Source of the DNA: Acetatifactor sp.
GTDB lineage: Bacteria; Bacillota; Clostridia; Lachnospirales; Lachnospiraceae
Direction: 5' to 3'
Length of the DNA stretch: 57,109 nucleotides
Assembly (NCBI GenBank): GCA_045593865.1
Contig: JAZNXM010000140.1
Location: forward strand, 1-57,109
A program made the position numbers and the translations under genes. A model generated the notes under the pieces. The model had not been told where the DNA came from. It was given only the letters and a program-made list of their open reading frames with translations, and searched no databases. Numbering within the stretch: position 1 is the first letter of the stretch; the number at the start of each line of letters is the position of its first letter. Of this stretch, positions 47,037-56,933 are shown one piece after another.

Positions 47037-47498
47037 ATGGAGAAAAAACAATTTGAAATCAGGAAAATGACCATAGACGACTATGAGGGTCTTTATGAAC
47101 TCTGGATGACCATCAGTGGCTTCGGCATCCGCAGCGTGGACGATTCCAGAGAAGGCGTGGAGATGTTCTTAAAGAGAAATCCTCAAACCAGTGTGGTTGC
47201 CGTTGCCGACGGAAAGATTGTGGGTGGGATCCTGTGCGGTCACGACGGCAGAAGAGGCTGTCTGTATCATGTCTGTGTGAGGGAAGGTTACCGCCGTCTG
47301 GGTATCGGCAAGGCCATGGTTGTGTATTGTATGAATGCCTTGAAGGCGGAGAAGATCAACAAGGTCAGCCTCATTGCATTTACCAAAAATGATGTGGGCA
47401 ATGCCTTTTGGAATACCATTGGCTGGACAAAGAGACTGGATCTGAATTATTATGACTTCACGCTGAATGAGGCGAATATTACTGCATTTAATAAATAG
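47037..47498 (+). CDS. GNAT-family N-acetyltransferase (YpeA-like)
   Basis: GHDGRRG.LYHVCV...YRRLGIG motif. Confidence 0.85.
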   Translation: MEKKQFEIRKMTIDDYEGLYELWMTISGFGIRSVDDSREGVEMFLKRNPQTSVVAVADGKIVGGILCGHDGRRGCLYHVCVREGYRRLGIGKAMVVYCMNALKAEKINKVSLIAFTKNDVGNAFWNTIGWTKRLDLNYYDFTLNEANITAFNK

Positions 47499-47585
47499 TA
47501 TTCAGGTGTTTATGAAAGTTCTCCATTTCCGGAAACTGGAAATCAGAGAATACTCATAAATATCTGCACAGAAGGAACGGAGGAA

Positions 47586-48815
47586 ATGATGATGAATATC
47601 ATCGAGGGCGGCATTACTGCAGCAAAAGGATTTGAAGCGGCCGGTGTGGAAGCAGCAATTAAATATAAGAACAGAAAGGATATGGCACTTGTTTACAGTA
47701 CGGTTCCCTGTAAGGCAGCCGGCACCTTTACCACCAATGTGGTAAAGGCAGCACCGGTTTTGTGGGATATGAAGGTGGTAAATGAGTCCCCTTATGCACA
47801 GGCAGTTGTGGTCAACTCCGGTATTGCCAATGCATGTACAGGAAAACAGGGCATGGACTGCTGTCAGGCCGAAGCAGAATGTGTAGGAAAAATGCTTGGT
47901 ATCCCGGCAGAAGCTGTTTTGGTGGCATCCACCGGTGTCATCGGTATGCAGATGCCTGTTGACAGATTGTGTGCCGGTATTGAGAAGCTGGTAGCGCAAA
48001 AGGAGGCATCTCCGGAAGCGGGACTGGCAGCAGCAAAGGCAATCATGACAACGGATACCGTGCATAAGCAGATTGCAGTGACCTTTGAAGTGGAAGGCAA
48101 GACTGTGACTGTGGGCGGTATGTGTAAGGGCTCCGGTATGATCCATCCTAATATGTGCACCATGCTGGGCTTTGTAACTACGGATGTAAATATCTCCAAG
48201 GAAATGCTTACCAAGGCAGTAAAGGCAGATGTTGTGGATACCTTCAATATGGTATCCGTGGACGGCGATACTTCAACCAATGATACGCTGCTGGTACTGG
48301 CAAATGGTCTTGCAGATAATGCTGAAATCTGTCAAGAGGGCGAAGCATACGATGCCTTCTGTCAGGCACTTAATTATGTGAATACCTATCTTGCCAAAAA
48401 AATGGCAGGTGATGGGGAAGGTGCAACAGCTCTGTTTGAGGTAAAGGTAATCAATGGGGACACCAAGGAAAATGCAAGAACACTTGCAAAATCTGTTATC
48501 TGCTCTTCCCTTACCAAGGCAGCTATTTTTGGGCATGATGCGAACTGGGGCAGAATTCTCTGCGCATTGGGGTATTCCGGCGCAAGCTTTGACCCGGAAA
48601 ACGTGGATCTGTATTTCCGGAGTAAATCCGGCAATATCCACATTTTCAGCGGAGGTGTGGCATGTGATTACAGTGAAGAAGAGGCTACGAAGATTTTATC
48701 GGATGAGGAGGTAACAGCACTTGTGGATATGCATATGGGAGATGCATGTGCAACAGCCTGGGGCTGTGATCTGAGCTATGATTATGTTAAAATAAATGCA
48801 GATTATCGTTCCTAA
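47586..48815 (+). CDS. argJ: Ornithine acetyltransferase / glutamate N-acetyltransferase
   Basis: FTTN, NSG.ANA, KGSGMIHPNM(C)TML, VDGDTSTND and DGEGAT motifs. Confidence 0.97.
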   Translation: MMMNIIEGGITAAKGFEAAGVEAAIKYKNRKDMALVYSTVPCKAAGTFTTNVVKAAPVLWDMKVVNESPYAQAVVVNSGIANACTGKQGMDCCQAEAECVGKMLGIPAEAVLVASTGVIGMQMPVDRLCAGIEKLVAQKEASPEAGLAAAKAIMTTDTVHKQIAVTFEVEGKTVTVGGMCKGSGMIHPNMCTMLGFVTTDVNISKEMLTKAVKADVVDTFNMVSVDGDTSTNDTLLVLANGLADNAEICQEGEAYDAFCQALNYVNTYLAKKMAGDGEGATALFEVKVINGDTKENARTLAKSVICSSLTKAAIFGHDANWGRILCALGYSGASFDPENVDLYFRSKSGNIHIFSGGVACDYSEEEATKILSDEEVTALVDMHMGDACATAWGCDLSYDYVKINADYRS

Positions 48816-48825
48816 TCTATGACGT

Positions 48826-48985
48826 CCGGAAACAGCTGCCTTATTTCTCCTTCACACAACGGACTAAAAACATCCATCAAAATTGTCTGTCTTTGTTCGG
48901 ACACAGGTGTCCGTCAAATCCATACAATTTTGAAGTCTGTTTTTACTGCGTTGTATTATGGGAGAAATAAGACATCTGTATCCGG
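48826..48985. repeat. 160-bp rod-like imperfect palindrome between argJ and argB
   Basis: Two 79-nt arms centred on CGGACAC-AG-GTGTCCG; roughly 60 positions pair in a manual alignment. Confidence 0.8.
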
Positions 48986-49096
48986 GGGTATTGAAGAAGA
49001 CGAACCGGACATTAAGTCTGAAACAGATTTCAAGCAGTTAGAATTTAGTTTATGCAATGATAAAAGTAAAATATAAATGGGAGAAACGTAAAGAAC

Positions 49097-49984
49097 ATGG
49101 AAAAGGATATGGAAAAAGTCATGCAGAAGGCGGAGGTTCTCATAGAGGCATTACCTTATATTCAAAAATTCAATCGTAAGATTATTGTTGTAAAATACGG
49201 CGGCAGTGCCATGAGTAATGAAGAGCTGCAAAAGAATGTCATTAAGGATGTGACCCTGCTGAAGCTGGTAGGCTTCAAGCCGATTATCGTTCACGGCGGT
49301 GGTAAGGAAATCAGCAGATGGGTAAACAAAGTGGGCAAGGAAGCGAAGTTTGTAAACGGTCTGCGTGTTACCGATGCAGAAACCATGGAAATCGCGGAGA
49401 TGGTACTGAACAAGGTAAACAAGAGTCTGGTAACCATGGTGGAGGAGCTGGGTGTCAATGCGGTTGGTGTCAGCGGCAAGGACGGCGGTCTGTTAAAGGT
49501 TGAGAAAAAGTACTCCGGCGGTGTGGATATCGGTTTTGTAGGAGAGATTACGGAGGTAAATCCCAAGATTTTATACGATATGCTGGAGAAGGATTTCCTG
49601 CCCATCGTCGCGCCTATAGGTCTGGATGATCACTTTCATACCTACAATATCAATGCGGATGATGCAGCATGCGCAATTGCAAAAGCTGTGAATGCAGATA
49701 AACTTGTATTCCTGACAGACATTGAAGGTCTGTACAAGGATATTAACGATAAAAGCTCTTTTATCTCCAGAATTCATGTTTCTGAGGCAGAAGAACTGAT
49801 TTCAAGTGGCTTTATCGGCGGGGGGATGCTCCCTAAGCTGACCAACTGTACCAATGCAATCCGCAATGGCGTTAACAGAGTACATATTCTGGATGGGCGT
49901 ATTCTTCACTGCCTGCTTCTGGAAATTTTTACCAATCACGGCGTAGGAACGGCGATCATTGATGACGAGGAAGCTGCACATTAA
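49097..49984 (+). CDS. argB: Acetylglutamate kinase
   Basis: [24 protein letters not shown] and GGMLPKL motifs. Confidence 0.97.
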   Translation: MEKDMEKVMQKAEVLIEALPYIQKFNRKIIVVKYGGSAMSNEELQKNVIKDVTLLKLVGFKPIIVHGGGKEISRWVNKVGKEAKFVNGLRVTDAETMEIAEMVLNKVNKSLVTMVEELGVNAVGVSGKDGGLLKVEKKYSGGVDIGFVGEITEVNPKILYDMLEKDFLPIVAPIGLDDHFHTYNINADDAACAIAKAVNADKLVFLTDIEGLYKDINDKSSFISRIHVSEAEELISSGFIGGGMLPKLTNCTNAIRNGVNRVHILDGRILHCLLLEIFTNHGVGTAIIDDEEAAH

Positions 49985-50040
49985 AGGGTAGCCAAAAGCA
50001 ACTACAATAACGTATCGCTTCCGGAAAGGTAGGATGAAAT

Positions 50041-51240
50041 ATGGACAATGCAGTGACTATGAAAGAATATATCGATCAGGCAGAGGCGGCGCTCCTGCAC
50101 ACCTATAACCGTTATCAGGTGGTTTTGGACAAGGGTGAGGGCGTCTGGCTCTACGATATGGAAGGGAAGAAGTATCTGGATTTTATGGCAGGTATTGCAG
50201 TGTTTGCCCTGGGTTATGGCAATGAGGAGCTGAACGATGCCATTAAGGCTCAGGTAGATAAGCTAATGCACACCTCCAATTATTTTTATAATGTGCCGGC
50301 GGTCAATGCGGCAAAGAAGATGAAAGCAGCCTCCGGCATGGACAGAGTCTTCTTTACCAACTCCGGAGCGGAGGCTGTGGAGGGTGCGCTGAAGGCAGCT
50401 GTCAAGTATGCTTATCTGAAGGATGGAGGCCATGACCACGAGATCGTCGCCATGCATCATTCCTTCCATGGAAGAACCATGGGTGCCCTTGCAGTTACCG
50501 GCAATCCCAAATACCGGGAAGCCTTTCAGCCGCTGGCATGCAATGTGAAGTTTGCCACCTTCAACGATTTTGACAGCGTACTGGAGCAGGTGAACGATAA
50601 GACCTGTGCCATCATCATGGAGACCGTGCAGGGTGAGGGCGGTATCTATCCGGCGGATGCAGATTTCCTGAAAAAGGTACGTGCACTCTGCGATGAGAAG
50701 GATATTCTGTTGATTCTGGATGAAATCCAGTGTGGTATGGGCCGGACGGGTGCCATGTTTGCATGGCAGCATTATGGTGTGAAGCCGGATATTATGACGA
50801 TGGCGAAGGCTTTGACCTGCGGGATTCCCGGCGGTGCATTTGCCATGACGGAGAAAGTGGCACAGAACTCTCTTGTAGCAGGAGACCATGGAACCACCTA
50901 CGGCGGCAATCCTCTGGCAGCAGCAGCTACCGATAAGGTGTTTGAATTGTACGAAAAGTATGATATGATATCTCATGTAAACAAAATCGCTCCTTATCTG
51001 GAGAAGAGACTGGACGAACTGAAAGACCGCTACGACTGTATCGAGACCAGAAGAGGTATGGGACTTATGCAGGGACTGGTGTTTAACAAGCCGGTGGGCG
51101 ATATTATCCGGAAAGCCATGGATCAAGGTCTGATATTGATCAATGCCGGTACGAATATTATCCGTTTTGTTCCGGCGCTGGTCATTACAGAGCAGAATGT
51201 AGATGACATGATCGCAATCTTAGAAACCTGCATAGAGTAA
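50041..51240 (+). CDS. argD: Acetylornithine aminotransferase
   Basis: NSGAEAVE, FHGRT, VQGEGG, DEIQCG.GRTG and HGTTYGGNP motifs. Confidence 0.93.
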   Translation: MDNAVTMKEYIDQAEAALLHTYNRYQVVLDKGEGVWLYDMEGKKYLDFMAGIAVFALGYGNEELNDAIKAQVDKLMHTSNYFYNVPAVNAAKKMKAASGMDRVFFTNSGAEAVEGALKAAVKYAYLKDGGHDHEIVAMHHSFHGRTMGALAVTGNPKYREAFQPLACNVKFATFNDFDSVLEQVNDKTCAIIMETVQGEGGIYPADADFLKKVRALCDEKDILLILDEIQCGMGRTGAMFAWQHYGVKPDIMTMAKALTCGIPGGAFAMTEKVAQNSLVAGDHGTTYGGNPLAAAATDKVFELYEKYDMISHVNKIAPYLEKRLDELKDRYDCIETRRGMGLMQGLVFNKPVGDIIRKAMDQGLILINAGTNIIRFVPALVITEQNVDDMIAILETCIE

Positions 51241-51259
51241 TTTTTAAGGAAGGAGCACC

Positions 51260-52633
51260 ATGCATTCAAAACCAAAATTATTTATAATACTGGTAGTCAT
51301 CGGCGCTTTACTGGGAGTACTTACCTACAGTATTTGGAAGGGATTGGCACCATCAGAAGAGGGGGAGGATGCTTCCTTTTCTTTTCTGGGCAGGAAAGAG
51401 ACTATTTATGTCTGGTATAATGATGATACCATGACAGATTACATTAACAGTGCAGCAGTTGTCTACGGTGATGAGAATCGTGTCCGTGTTATTCCCCATC
51501 TGGTATCGGAGAGTGAGTACATGGAAGCGCTCAACCAGGCGACCCTTCATTCAGAGCAGACGCCGGATGTATTTCTGCTGAGCAATGATTTTCTGGAAAA
51601 GGCGTATCTGGCCGGACTTGCTTCGGAAATCAATGATATCATGGAAATCGCGAATACCGGTTATTTCCCCCAGGTAGCACTGGATGCAGTGACATACAAG
51701 GATAAGCTGATTGCATATCCTCTGTATTATGAAACCAGTGTGCTGCTCTACAATGAGACTTATCTGCAGGAGTGGGCCAGACAGCAGGTGCAGAATGAAG
51801 CGAATGCTGCGCAAGTGGCTTACGATGAGGCGACCATAAATGCCAGAACGGCGGACTACATGAAGGTTGCGGTTCCACAGACCATTGATGATATTCTGAA
51901 TCTGGCAAATACTTTTGATCCGCCGGAGTCTGTAGAGGGTATTTTCAAGTGGGATGTTTCGGATATTTTCTATAACTATTATTTTATCGGCAATTACATG
52001 CTGGTAGGTGGGGATACCGGGGATGATAAGAGCATACTCCATATTCATAATCCGGAGGCGGTAGCCTGTCTGGAGGTTTATAAGAATCTGAACCAGTTCT
52101 TTTCTATTGAGTCGGATGCGGTTTCTTATGAATCTGTTCTTCAGGATTTTATGGATGGTAAGCTGGTATTTACCATTGCTACCACAGATGCGGCAGCGCG
52201 TCTGGCGGCAGCAAAGGCGGATGGGACCTTTGCTTATGAATATAATGCGGCACTGATTCCGGACCCCAGCGAGGAGCTGAAAGGGCGTTCCCTTTCGGTA
52301 ACCGGTGCGGTTGCAGTGAATGGTTATTCCAAGCACAAAGAGCTTGCCAATAAATTTGCCGCTTATCTGGCAGGGGAATATGCCGGAAACCTTTACGACA
52401 GAGCGGGAAAATGCCCCGTAAACTATAATGTTATCCAGACGGAAAAACTTCTGGATATCTTTTATGAGGAATATGAAAGCAGCATCTCTTTGCCGAAGAT
52501 GATTGAAACCAGTAATTTCTGGATGCAGCTGGAAATTCTTTTTTCAAAGGTTTGGAATGGTGCTGATGTGAGTACGGTGCTGGCGGAGCTGGCACAGCAG
52601 ATGCAGACCCAGATTAACGGAATGACGGAATAA
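51260..52633 (+). CDS. Extracellular solute-binding protein (sugar-type cluster), no adjacent permease genes
   Basis: N-terminal membrane anchor; PDVF, LIAYPL.YET.VLLYN and AVNGYSKH..LA.KFA.YL motifs. Confidence 0.75.
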   Translation: MHSKPKLFIILVVIGALLGVLTYSIWKGLAPSEEGEDASFSFLGRKETIYVWYNDDTMTDYINSAAVVYGDENRVRVIPHLVSESEYMEALNQATLHSEQTPDVFLLSNDFLEKAYLAGLASEINDIMEIANTGYFPQVALDAVTYKDKLIAYPLYYETSVLLYNETYLQEWARQQVQNEANAAQVAYDEATINARTADYMKVAVPQTIDDILNLANTFDPPESVEGIFKWDVSDIFYNYYFIGNYMLVGGDTGDDKSILHIHNPEAVACLEVYKNLNQFFSIESDAVSYESVLQDFMDGKLVFTIATTDAAARLAAAKADGTFAYEYNAALIPDPSEELKGRSLSVTGAVAVNGYSKHKELANKFAAYLAGEYAGNLYDRAGKCPVNYNVIQTEKLLDIFYEEYESSISLPKMIETSNFWMQLEILFSKVWNGADVSTVLAELAQQMQTQINGMTE

Positions 52634-52705
52634 TCGTCCTTATGGAATAAAAAGCCGATATGCTGGATATCTTAGTAGTAATGGAAATTGCGAAAGGAGA
52701 GACAG

Positions 52706-53137
52706 ATGATCGGCTTTTTTATTGCATTATTATCTGGTGCATTGATGAGTATTCAAGGGGTGTTTAACACGCAGGTTACCAAAAGCTCGAGCATTTGGGC
52801 TGCTAATGTATTTGTGCAGTTTACCGCAACCCTGGTGTGTCTTGCTATTTGGCTATTTGCGGATCGAACCTCACTTTTGGCACCTGTTAAAGTGGAACCG
52901 AAATATATGCTGCTGGGAGGTGCAATCGGTACCTTTATTACGTATACCGTGATCAAAAGTATGGATATGCTGGGACCGGCAAGGGCTGTCATGTTGATTG
53001 TTGTGGCGCAGCTGATCGTGGCTTATCTGATAGAAGTGTTCGGGCTCTTTCAGGTGGATAAACAGCCATGGGAGTGGAGAAAGGCCATTGGTATGGGACT
53101 TGCCATTGCGGGGATCGTGATCTTTAAATGGAAGTAG
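52706..53137 (+). CDS. DMT-family transporter (YdcZ-like)
   Basis: SG..MSIQGVFN, LGG.IG, LGPA.A...IV.AQL and FGLF motifs. Confidence 0.85.
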   Translation: MIGFFIALLSGALMSIQGVFNTQVTKSSSIWAANVFVQFTATLVCLAIWLFADRTSLLAPVKVEPKYMLLGGAIGTFITYTVIKSMDMLGPARAVMLIVVAQLIVAYLIEVFGLFQVDKQPWEWRKAIGMGLAIAGIVIFKWK

Positions 53138-53252
53138 AAAAAGGGTAATAAGATAATCTTAAGAAAAAGGAACTTGCACAATGCGTTCATCTATTTTACA
53201 ATAATATAGTCAGCATAGAGAGGCATTCCGATTACCGTAAGGGAAAGGAACT

Positions 53253-53984
53253 ATGATGAGGAAAGAGATAATCATACAAGTATTGCTTGCAGGTATTTGC
53301 CTTTGTATTTCAGCGTATGCTTTTACCGGCTGCAGCAGGGACAGGGAGTTGGTCTCCTTTTCGGAGACACTGCCGCAAGAGTCGGCGAGTTTGGCATTGA
53401 TAGAAGATGAGAAGAAAGGCGACAGCTATGGCTCTGGACTTGCAGCGAACGGCAGCAGTTTGGACAGCGGAACAGATCTTGCCAAAGAGCCCCACGAAAA
53501 ACAGATTGTAGTATATCTGTGCGGCGCAGTGAAAAACCCGGGGGTTTTTACATTGCCGGAGGGCAGTCGCGTCAATGATGCAGTGGAGGCAGCAGGCGGA
53601 CTTACTGAGACTGCGGCAGAGGCTTCCGTAAATCTTGCAGCAAAGCTGAACGATGAGGAAATGATTTATGTTTTTACCCGGGAGGAGGCTGAAAAGGCAG
53701 CCGCCTCAGGGAGTCATACTGTAGCGGGAACCACATTGACGGGCATGTGGACCGGGGAAACAGAGCCGTCAGGAACAGAAGCTGCCGGTCAGCTCATCAA
53801 CATCAATACCGCCGATATTAATAATTTATGCAGACTACCGGGAATTGGAGAAAGCAAGGCCCGGGATATTGTTACGTACAGAGAAAAGAACGGAGATTTT
53901 CAGAAAAAGGAAGATATCATGAAGGTAACCGGCATCAAGGAAAACCTTTACCAAAGAATATCGGCTCTGATTTCTGTAAAGTAG
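53253..53984 (+). CDS. comEA: ComEA-family DNA-binding protein
   Basis: SLBB domain V.LCGAVKNPGV..L..GSRV.DAV.AAGG and C-terminal HhH ININTA...LPGIG..KA. Confidence 0.88.
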   Translation: MMRKEIIIQVLLAGICLCISAYAFTGCSRDRELVSFSETLPQESASLALIEDEKKGDSYGSGLAANGSSLDSGTDLAKEPHEKQIVVYLCGAVKNPGVFTLPEGSRVNDAVEAAGGLTETAAEASVNLAAKLNDEEMIYVFTREEAEKAAASGSHTVAGTTLTGMWTGETEPSGTEAAGQLININTADINNLCRLPGIGESKARDIVTYREKNGDFQKKEDIMKVTGIKENLYQRISALISVK

Positions 53985-54015
53985 CCGAAGAGATTAGGAT
54001 AGCGAGGTTAGAAAA

Positions 54016-54711
54016 ATGGCAGCAAAGAGAGCATTGGTTGTGGATGATGAACGCTTAATTGTAAAGGGTATCCGCTTCAGTCTGGAGCAGGACGGCCTGG
54101 AAGTAGATTGTGCATACGATGGGGAGGAAGCGCTGGAGTATGCCAGAAACAATACTTATGACATTGTGCTTTTGGATGTGATGCTTCCGAAGATAACTGG
54201 ATTTGACGTTTGTCTGCAGATACGGGAGTTCTCTAATGTGCCGATTATTATGTTAACCGCAAAAGGGGACGACATGGACAAGATCCTTGGTCTGGAGTAT
54301 GGCGCGGATGATTATATTACAAAGCCGTTCAATATTCTGGAGGTAAAGGCAAGGATCAAAGCCATCATGCGGCGCACGGATTCCAAGAAAGAGACCACAG
54401 CATCTCCTAAGAAGATTACCAGCGGTAATGTGCAGTTGGATTGTGAGAGTAGAAGATGCTTCATTGCCGGAAAGGAAATCAGCCTTACCGCGAAAGAGTT
54501 TGAAGTGCTGGAATTACTGATGCTCAATCCCAACAAGGTCTACAGCAGAGAAGGTCTTTTGAAGCTGGTATGGGGAACTGATTATCCCGGTGACGTGAGA
54601 ACTGTGGATGTGCATATTCGAAGGCTTCGTGAGAAGATTGAGACAAAGCCCAGTGAGCCCCAATATGTTCACACCAAATGGGGCGTAGGATATTACTTTT
54701 TTAATGAATAG
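54016..54711 (+). CDS. OmpR-family response regulator
   Basis: VVDDE, LLDVMLP, GADDYITKPF and RTVDVHIRRLREKIE motifs. Confidence 0.95.
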   Translation: MAAKRALVVDDERLIVKGIRFSLEQDGLEVDCAYDGEEALEYARNNTYDIVLLDVMLPKITGFDVCLQIREFSNVPIIMLTAKGDDMDKILGLEYGADDYITKPFNILEVKARIKAIMRRTDSKKETTASPKKITSGNVQLDCESRRCFIAGKEISLTAKEFEVLELLMLNPNKVYSREGLLKLVWGTDYPGDVRTVDVHIRRLREKIETKPSEPQYVHTKWGVGYYFFNE

Positions 54712-54720
54712 GGAAGAACA

Positions 54721-56250
54721 GTGAATAGGGGAAAGGAAATTCTGAAGAAAATAAAAGATAATATAGGGCAGTACATTACACTGCGAAGCCTGAGAGCCAG
54801 AATTTTCTTTATCATACTGCTGGTCGGCATCATTCCCACGGTCATGATACGACAGGGAATTCTGAACTCTTATGAACAACGGGCCGTGGAGCAACGTGCG
54901 CTGGTAGTGCAGAGCCAGCTTAAGATTATTGCGGATCATTTGATCAATGAAGATTATCTGAATAACAGGAATTCGCCTGCCATCAATGCGGAATTGACCA
55001 TGTTGTCCAATATGTATGATGGGCGTATTCAGATCATGGGCGGAAACTTTGTTATTATTAAAGATACATATGGCAACTACGAGGGTAAGACTCTGATCTC
55101 CGAGGATGTTATAAAGTGTTATCTGGGAGAAAGTATCTACAATTATAGTGCGGAACGGGGATATATTGAGTTTATGACCCCCATTATGGATAACAGAAAT
55201 AAAGACGAGTCTGTGACTATCACGCAGAACACGGCAGGCAACAGTGTGGTGCAGAGGAATCGGGTTAAGGGTGTTATGATAACCAGTATTTCCACCGGCT
55301 ACATTCAGGGAACTATGGAGGTACTGGAGCGTAAGGCTGTGATTATGCAGACGCTGATCATTATTGCGGTGATGGGACTTGCGTTGATTTTATCGATTTT
55401 TCTCACGCGACCCTTTGAAAGAATTACCAAGGCGATTAATGAGGTAAAGGCAGGCTACAGTGACGAAACCATTTCTGTGCCCGATATGGCGGAGACGGTG
55501 CATATTGTAGATGCGTTCAATCATCTGCTGCAGCGAATGAAGGTACTGGATGATTCCAGACAGGAATTCGTTGCCAATGTGTCTCATGAGCTGAAGACAC
55601 CGCTTACCTCCATGAAGGTGTTGGCAGATTCCCTTCTGGCTCAGAGCAATATACCGGTGGAGCTGTACCAGGAATTTATGGGGGATATTGTTTCGGAGAT
55701 TGACCGGGAAAACAAGATCATTACAGATCTGTTGGCACTGGTCAAGATGGACAAGACCGTGTCGGATCTGAATATTGCGGCAATCAATATGAATGACCTG
55801 ACCGAGCTGATACTGAGGCGTCTGCGGCCTATCGCCAGAAAGAAGGATGTGGAAGTGGTATTCGAAAGTAACAGAGCGGTAATCGCGGAGGTTGATGAAG
55901 TCAAACTGACTTTAGTCATTACCAATCTGGTGGAGAATGCCATTAAGTATAATAGGGAGCATGGCTGGGTAAAGGTAGTATTGGATGCAGATCATCAGTA
56001 TTTTACGCTGGAGGTCAGCGACTCCGGTGTGGGTATTCCGGAAGGGTCGTTAACGCAGATTTATGAGAGATTTTATCGTGTGGACAAGTCCCATTCCAGA
56101 GAAATCGGGGGAACCGGACTGGGTCTTGCGATTACCAAGAATGCGGTACTGTTGCATAGAGGTTCCATTACGGTTACCAGTAAGGAAGGAGAGGGAAGTA
56201 CCTTCCGTGTAAAGGTTCCGTTGAACTATATTGCACAGACACAGCAGTAA
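54721..56250 (+). CDS. Sensor histidine kinase (HAMP-HisKA-HATPase)
   Basis: Two TMs; SHELKTPL, NLVENAIKY, DSGVGI and GGTGLGL motifs. Confidence 0.95.
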   Translation: MNRGKEILKKIKDNIGQYITLRSLRARIFFIILLVGIIPTVMIRQGILNSYEQRAVEQRALVVQSQLKIIADHLINEDYLNNRNSPAINAELTMLSNMYDGRIQIMGGNFVIIKDTYGNYEGKTLISEDVIKCYLGESIYNYSAERGYIEFMTPIMDNRNKDESVTITQNTAGNSVVQRNRVKGVMITSISTGYIQGTMEVLERKAVIMQTLIIIAVMGLALILSIFLTRPFERITKAINEVKAGYSDETISVPDMAETVHIVDAFNHLLQRMKVLDDSRQEFVANVSHELKTPLTSMKVLADSLLAQSNIPVELYQEFMGDIVSEIDRENKIITDLLALVKMDKTVSDLNIAAINMNDLTELILRRLRPIARKKDVEVVFESNRAVIAEVDEVKLTLVITNLVENAIKYNREHGWVKVVLDADHQYFTLEVSDSGVGIPEGSLTQIYERFYRVDKSHSREIGGTGLGLAITKNAVLLHRGSITVTSKEGEGSTFRVKVPLNYIAQTQQ

Positions 56251-56299
56251 AGATGTCTGCGTGTGACGGCAGAGTTTACGCGCGAAAAACAGCGCAGAA

Positions 56300-56620
56300 A
56301 TGAAGAGAAATATGAAGAAAATAACATTAATACTATGTATTGTAGTCAGTATTCTGGGATTGGCAGCCTGCGGAAAGCAGCATACGAATCCGGATAAGAT
56401 GCATTCCGTTTATTATCTGAGCAGTTCGGGAACAAAATTAGAGATGCATGAACATGAGATGGAGAGCGAAGATACGGACGAACAGATAAAAGAGCTGCTG
56501 CTGTATTTGCAGACCAATCCTTCCAGCCTAAAGTTTAGGGCACCTCTTGCCATGGGATTTCAGCTTTTGGATTATGAGGTAAAGGCAGGTAAGATTCTGT
56601 TGAATGTGTGCAAAGAGTAT
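56300..56620 (+). pseudogene. GerMN-like lipoprotein, truncated at an apparent chimeric junction
   Basis: Lipobox LAAC; VYY...L...LL..L...P.....L.V pattern. Beyond ~56620 the frame is simply antisense yidC. Confidence 0.6.
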
Positions 56621-56920
56621 GGGAAGCTGTATAAGCATAGGCAAACATCCGCCCATTGGGCTTATGCCGTAGTCTTTATAGAGCTTCATTGTTTCCTGAC
56701 TAAGTCTTTGCTGATCGTTTTTGTATTTTTCCTGCAAAGCTGTGAGTTTGGGCTGTATAGCCTGAATTTTGGTCATTGACTTCTGTTGCTTTAAGCCAAG
56801 AGGTAAAAGCAAAAGTTTAACCACAAGGGTGAACACAATAAGTGCCCAACCGTAGTTTGGAATCAGATAATAAATCCAACCCAAAAGATACCCTATGGGT
56901 ATTTTTACAATTTCAAACAA
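56606..56920 (-). pseudogene. yidC: YidC/Oxa1 insertase, N-terminal ~104 aa only (truncated)
   Basis: NYGWALIVFT..VK..LLPL..KQQKS, QPKL..LQEKYK.D and GCLPMLIQLPILFA, after which homology ends abruptly. Confidence 0.85.
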
Positions 56921-56933
56921 CTTACTATTCCTC

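Noticed and set aside
33789-51126. Long antisense ORFs (33789-34781, 37075-38013, 38559-39686, 50263-51126 and similar)
   Set aside because: They are shadow frames of well-supported genes with no recognisable motifs.
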